This document shows, one piece after another, positions 61,912 to 64,000 of a DNA stretch of 64,000 nucleotides (its first letter is position 1; every line of letters begins with the position of its first letter). The stretch lies in assembly GCA_002104945.1 (NCBI GenBank), contig MCFH01000057.1, positions 62,001 to 126,000 of the forward strand, in the 5' to 3' direction. The notes under the pieces were generated by a model, which saw nothing but the letters and a program-made list of their open reading frames with translations, was not told the DNA's origin and did not search any database. A program made the translations under genes and the position numbers. This DNA comes from Piromyces finnis finn (taxonomy: Eukaryota > Fungi > Neocallimastigomycota).

Positions 61912-62690
61912 TTTAAAGTCAGACACTAAACCGAATAGATTAGGATATCTAACCTATTACAATAACAATACAAAATAAATATATTTTATAAAAAATAGTT
62001 TTTTATTAATTTATTGTAATAAAATTGTTAATAACAATTATATTGATAAAATGATGAAAAATATCTTCTATTTATATTTTTCCTAAATACATTTATATTA
62101 TATTATAACTATTTATTTCTTATATATTATTATTTAAAATCTACACTAAAATCTTAATTATTAATAAATATTTAAGATATAACTATTTTTAGTAAAATAC
62201 AATTGGCAATTCAAATTAAGTACTATTCAATTTGAATATGTGCCCATGTATTATTGATATATTAATCATTTATTATTTATCTATTTCTATAAAAAAACAA
62301 CACTAAAACTAGGGGTTTGAATTGAGAAATTTAATTTATTTGCTATACATTAAAAATATATTAATAATTTATTTTGTTTTAAACTTTATAATTATTAATA
62401 AATATAATATTTAATTAATATATAGGTAATAAATGGACTGTATTCAATTTGCAGTTTACTCAAGTGTATTTAATTAGTTTTAGTTTTGTTTTATTCTCTT
62501 ATTTAATTAAATTAGTATTAAATTAGTTTTGTTTATTTTATATTGAATATATGTATAATTAAATAGGATAGTATATTAAATGTAATTTACAAAAAATTTA
62601 AATACATATAAAATTTCGTAATTAAAACGATGTAATTGTTATTGACTATTATTTAATTAATAACTAAATAAAATTAACAAAAAGAGATAT
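61912..62690. repeat. Truncated B-variant LTR (antisense, to ~62400) fused to a C-family fragment (sense)
   Basis: Homology to 26934-27542 and 62865-63588. Confidence 0.7.
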
Positions 62691-62786
62691 TTAAATACGA
62701 TATTATAAATAATTAAACAAGAAAAATAATAATATTGTTGATTTGCAAGAAAGCAATATACTTTAACAATTGCACTTAAACGAACA

Positions 62787-64000
62787 ATGGAGCGTCAAAG
62801 TGCAGCTTTGAGGATAGTAAATGATCCTCTAACTTTCTTTGGCCGCAGACAAGAACTAGACGGGTGTAAAAGGTTTTATATATCAAAACAGATTATAAAA
62901 TTTTTACAATAAAACAATAAACACAAAATAAATAAAAAAGAGACAAGAAAATAAATTATATTTAAAAAAAATATCTCTTTTATTGATTTTATTTAGTTAT
63001 TAACTAAATAATAGTCAATAACAATTACATCGTTTTAATCAAGAAATTTTATATGTATTTATATTTTTTGTAAATTGTATTTTAATATACTATTCTATTT
63101 AATTATACATATATTCAATATAAAATAAACAAAACTAATTTAATACTAATTTAATTAAATAAGAGAATAAAACTAAACTAAAACTAATTAAATACACTTT
63201 TGATTCAATTTGAGTAAACTACAAATTAAATACAGTCCATGTATTATCTATATATTAATTAAGTATTAATAATACTATTCATTATATATTTATTATTAAA
63301 AATGTTAATTTAAAATTACGCTAAAGTTATTAAACTAATTTTAATTAAATAAAAACTTTTTAAGATTTAATTTGAATATTTAAAATATTTAAATTTAATT
63401 ATCCATTAATTTAAACATTTATCCAAATTTCATTTGTAACTTTGATATTTTAAAATTAATTTTTATTTAATTATTCCATAAAATTTACTGAATAAATTTT
63501 ATATATAATTTCCATTAAAATATCAAAATTATTTAATAATTATTAATTAATTATTAAATAATTTAAAGATATACTTTATATCTTTACAACGGGTTCTTGA
63601 CAAGGATTGAACTAGCTATTGACCAACCCTGATCGGTTCGCCAATGATGAAGCGAGAGTACGCTTCTTAATCTCGTATTTCGTTAATAGACCCTTAGAAT
63701 GGGCCGCTCGTTTAAGATAAAATAACGACGCCATTCTAAGAAATTGTAATCAATTCGTTGCTGCTCTCCGCACTAATTTCGGAGATCCTAATAACGACAC
63801 AATTGTTGCAAATGGAAGATTTTGCAACATAAAAGAAAGAAAGTTTGGCAAAGTGTTTGAATATATTAATGAATTTCAATGCGTTAGCCAAAACTCTAAT
63901 TTCAATGAAGCAGCGAAGATATATATGTTCACAAAGGGTCTACATCTAAAAATGCGTGAACATTTGGCAATAGTCAACCCAAATCTTATTCAACTAGAGC
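62787..64000 (+). pseudogene. gag: Chromovirus gag fragment running off the window, interrupted by solo C
   Basis: PLTFFGRRQELDG-FLTRIEL, FLISYF..RPLEWA, FNEAAKIYMF; paralog of gag at 47467. Confidence 0.88.
62865..63588 (-). mobile_element. Solo LTR, family C (A-related)
   Basis: TGTAAAAGG...TATCTTTACA; TSD ACGGG. Confidence 0.93.

Overview
Extremely AT-rich eukaryotic DNA that is almost entirely a nested LTR-retrotransposon graveyard. Composition plus ricin-B repeat genes suggests an anaerobic gut fungus (Neocallimastigomycota); this is inference, not a database result. Contents: about 10 Ty3/gypsy copies or fragments (chromoviral and non-chromoviral), 3 Ty1/copia pieces, about 18 solo LTRs with TG...CA ends and readable 5-bp target-site duplications (TSDs), and one shattered host ricin-B lectin repeat pseudogene. 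No intact host gene, rRNA, functional tRNA or CRISPR array is supported. LTR family letters (A-O) are my own labels. Most interesting signals: (1) LTR families G and O carry a tRNA-Gln(UUG)-derived A-box/B-box cassette about 28 nt inside their terminus. In both G copies a different LTR (D, N) has inserted at the predicted Pol III start site, offset by 1 bp and in the same orientation, suggesting an LTR-borne Pol III landing pad. (2) Three LTR insertions are stacked at 1-bp offsets against each other's termini inside the ricin gene. (3) A copia PBS matches the anticodon arm of tRNA-Lys(CUU), implying half-tRNA priming. (4) Three families show Tf1-like 11-nt self-priming. (5) A gypsy gag/pol junction has a -1 frameshift signal (UUUAAAC plus stem-loop). 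All coordinates were read by eye; ends without TSDs are approximate.
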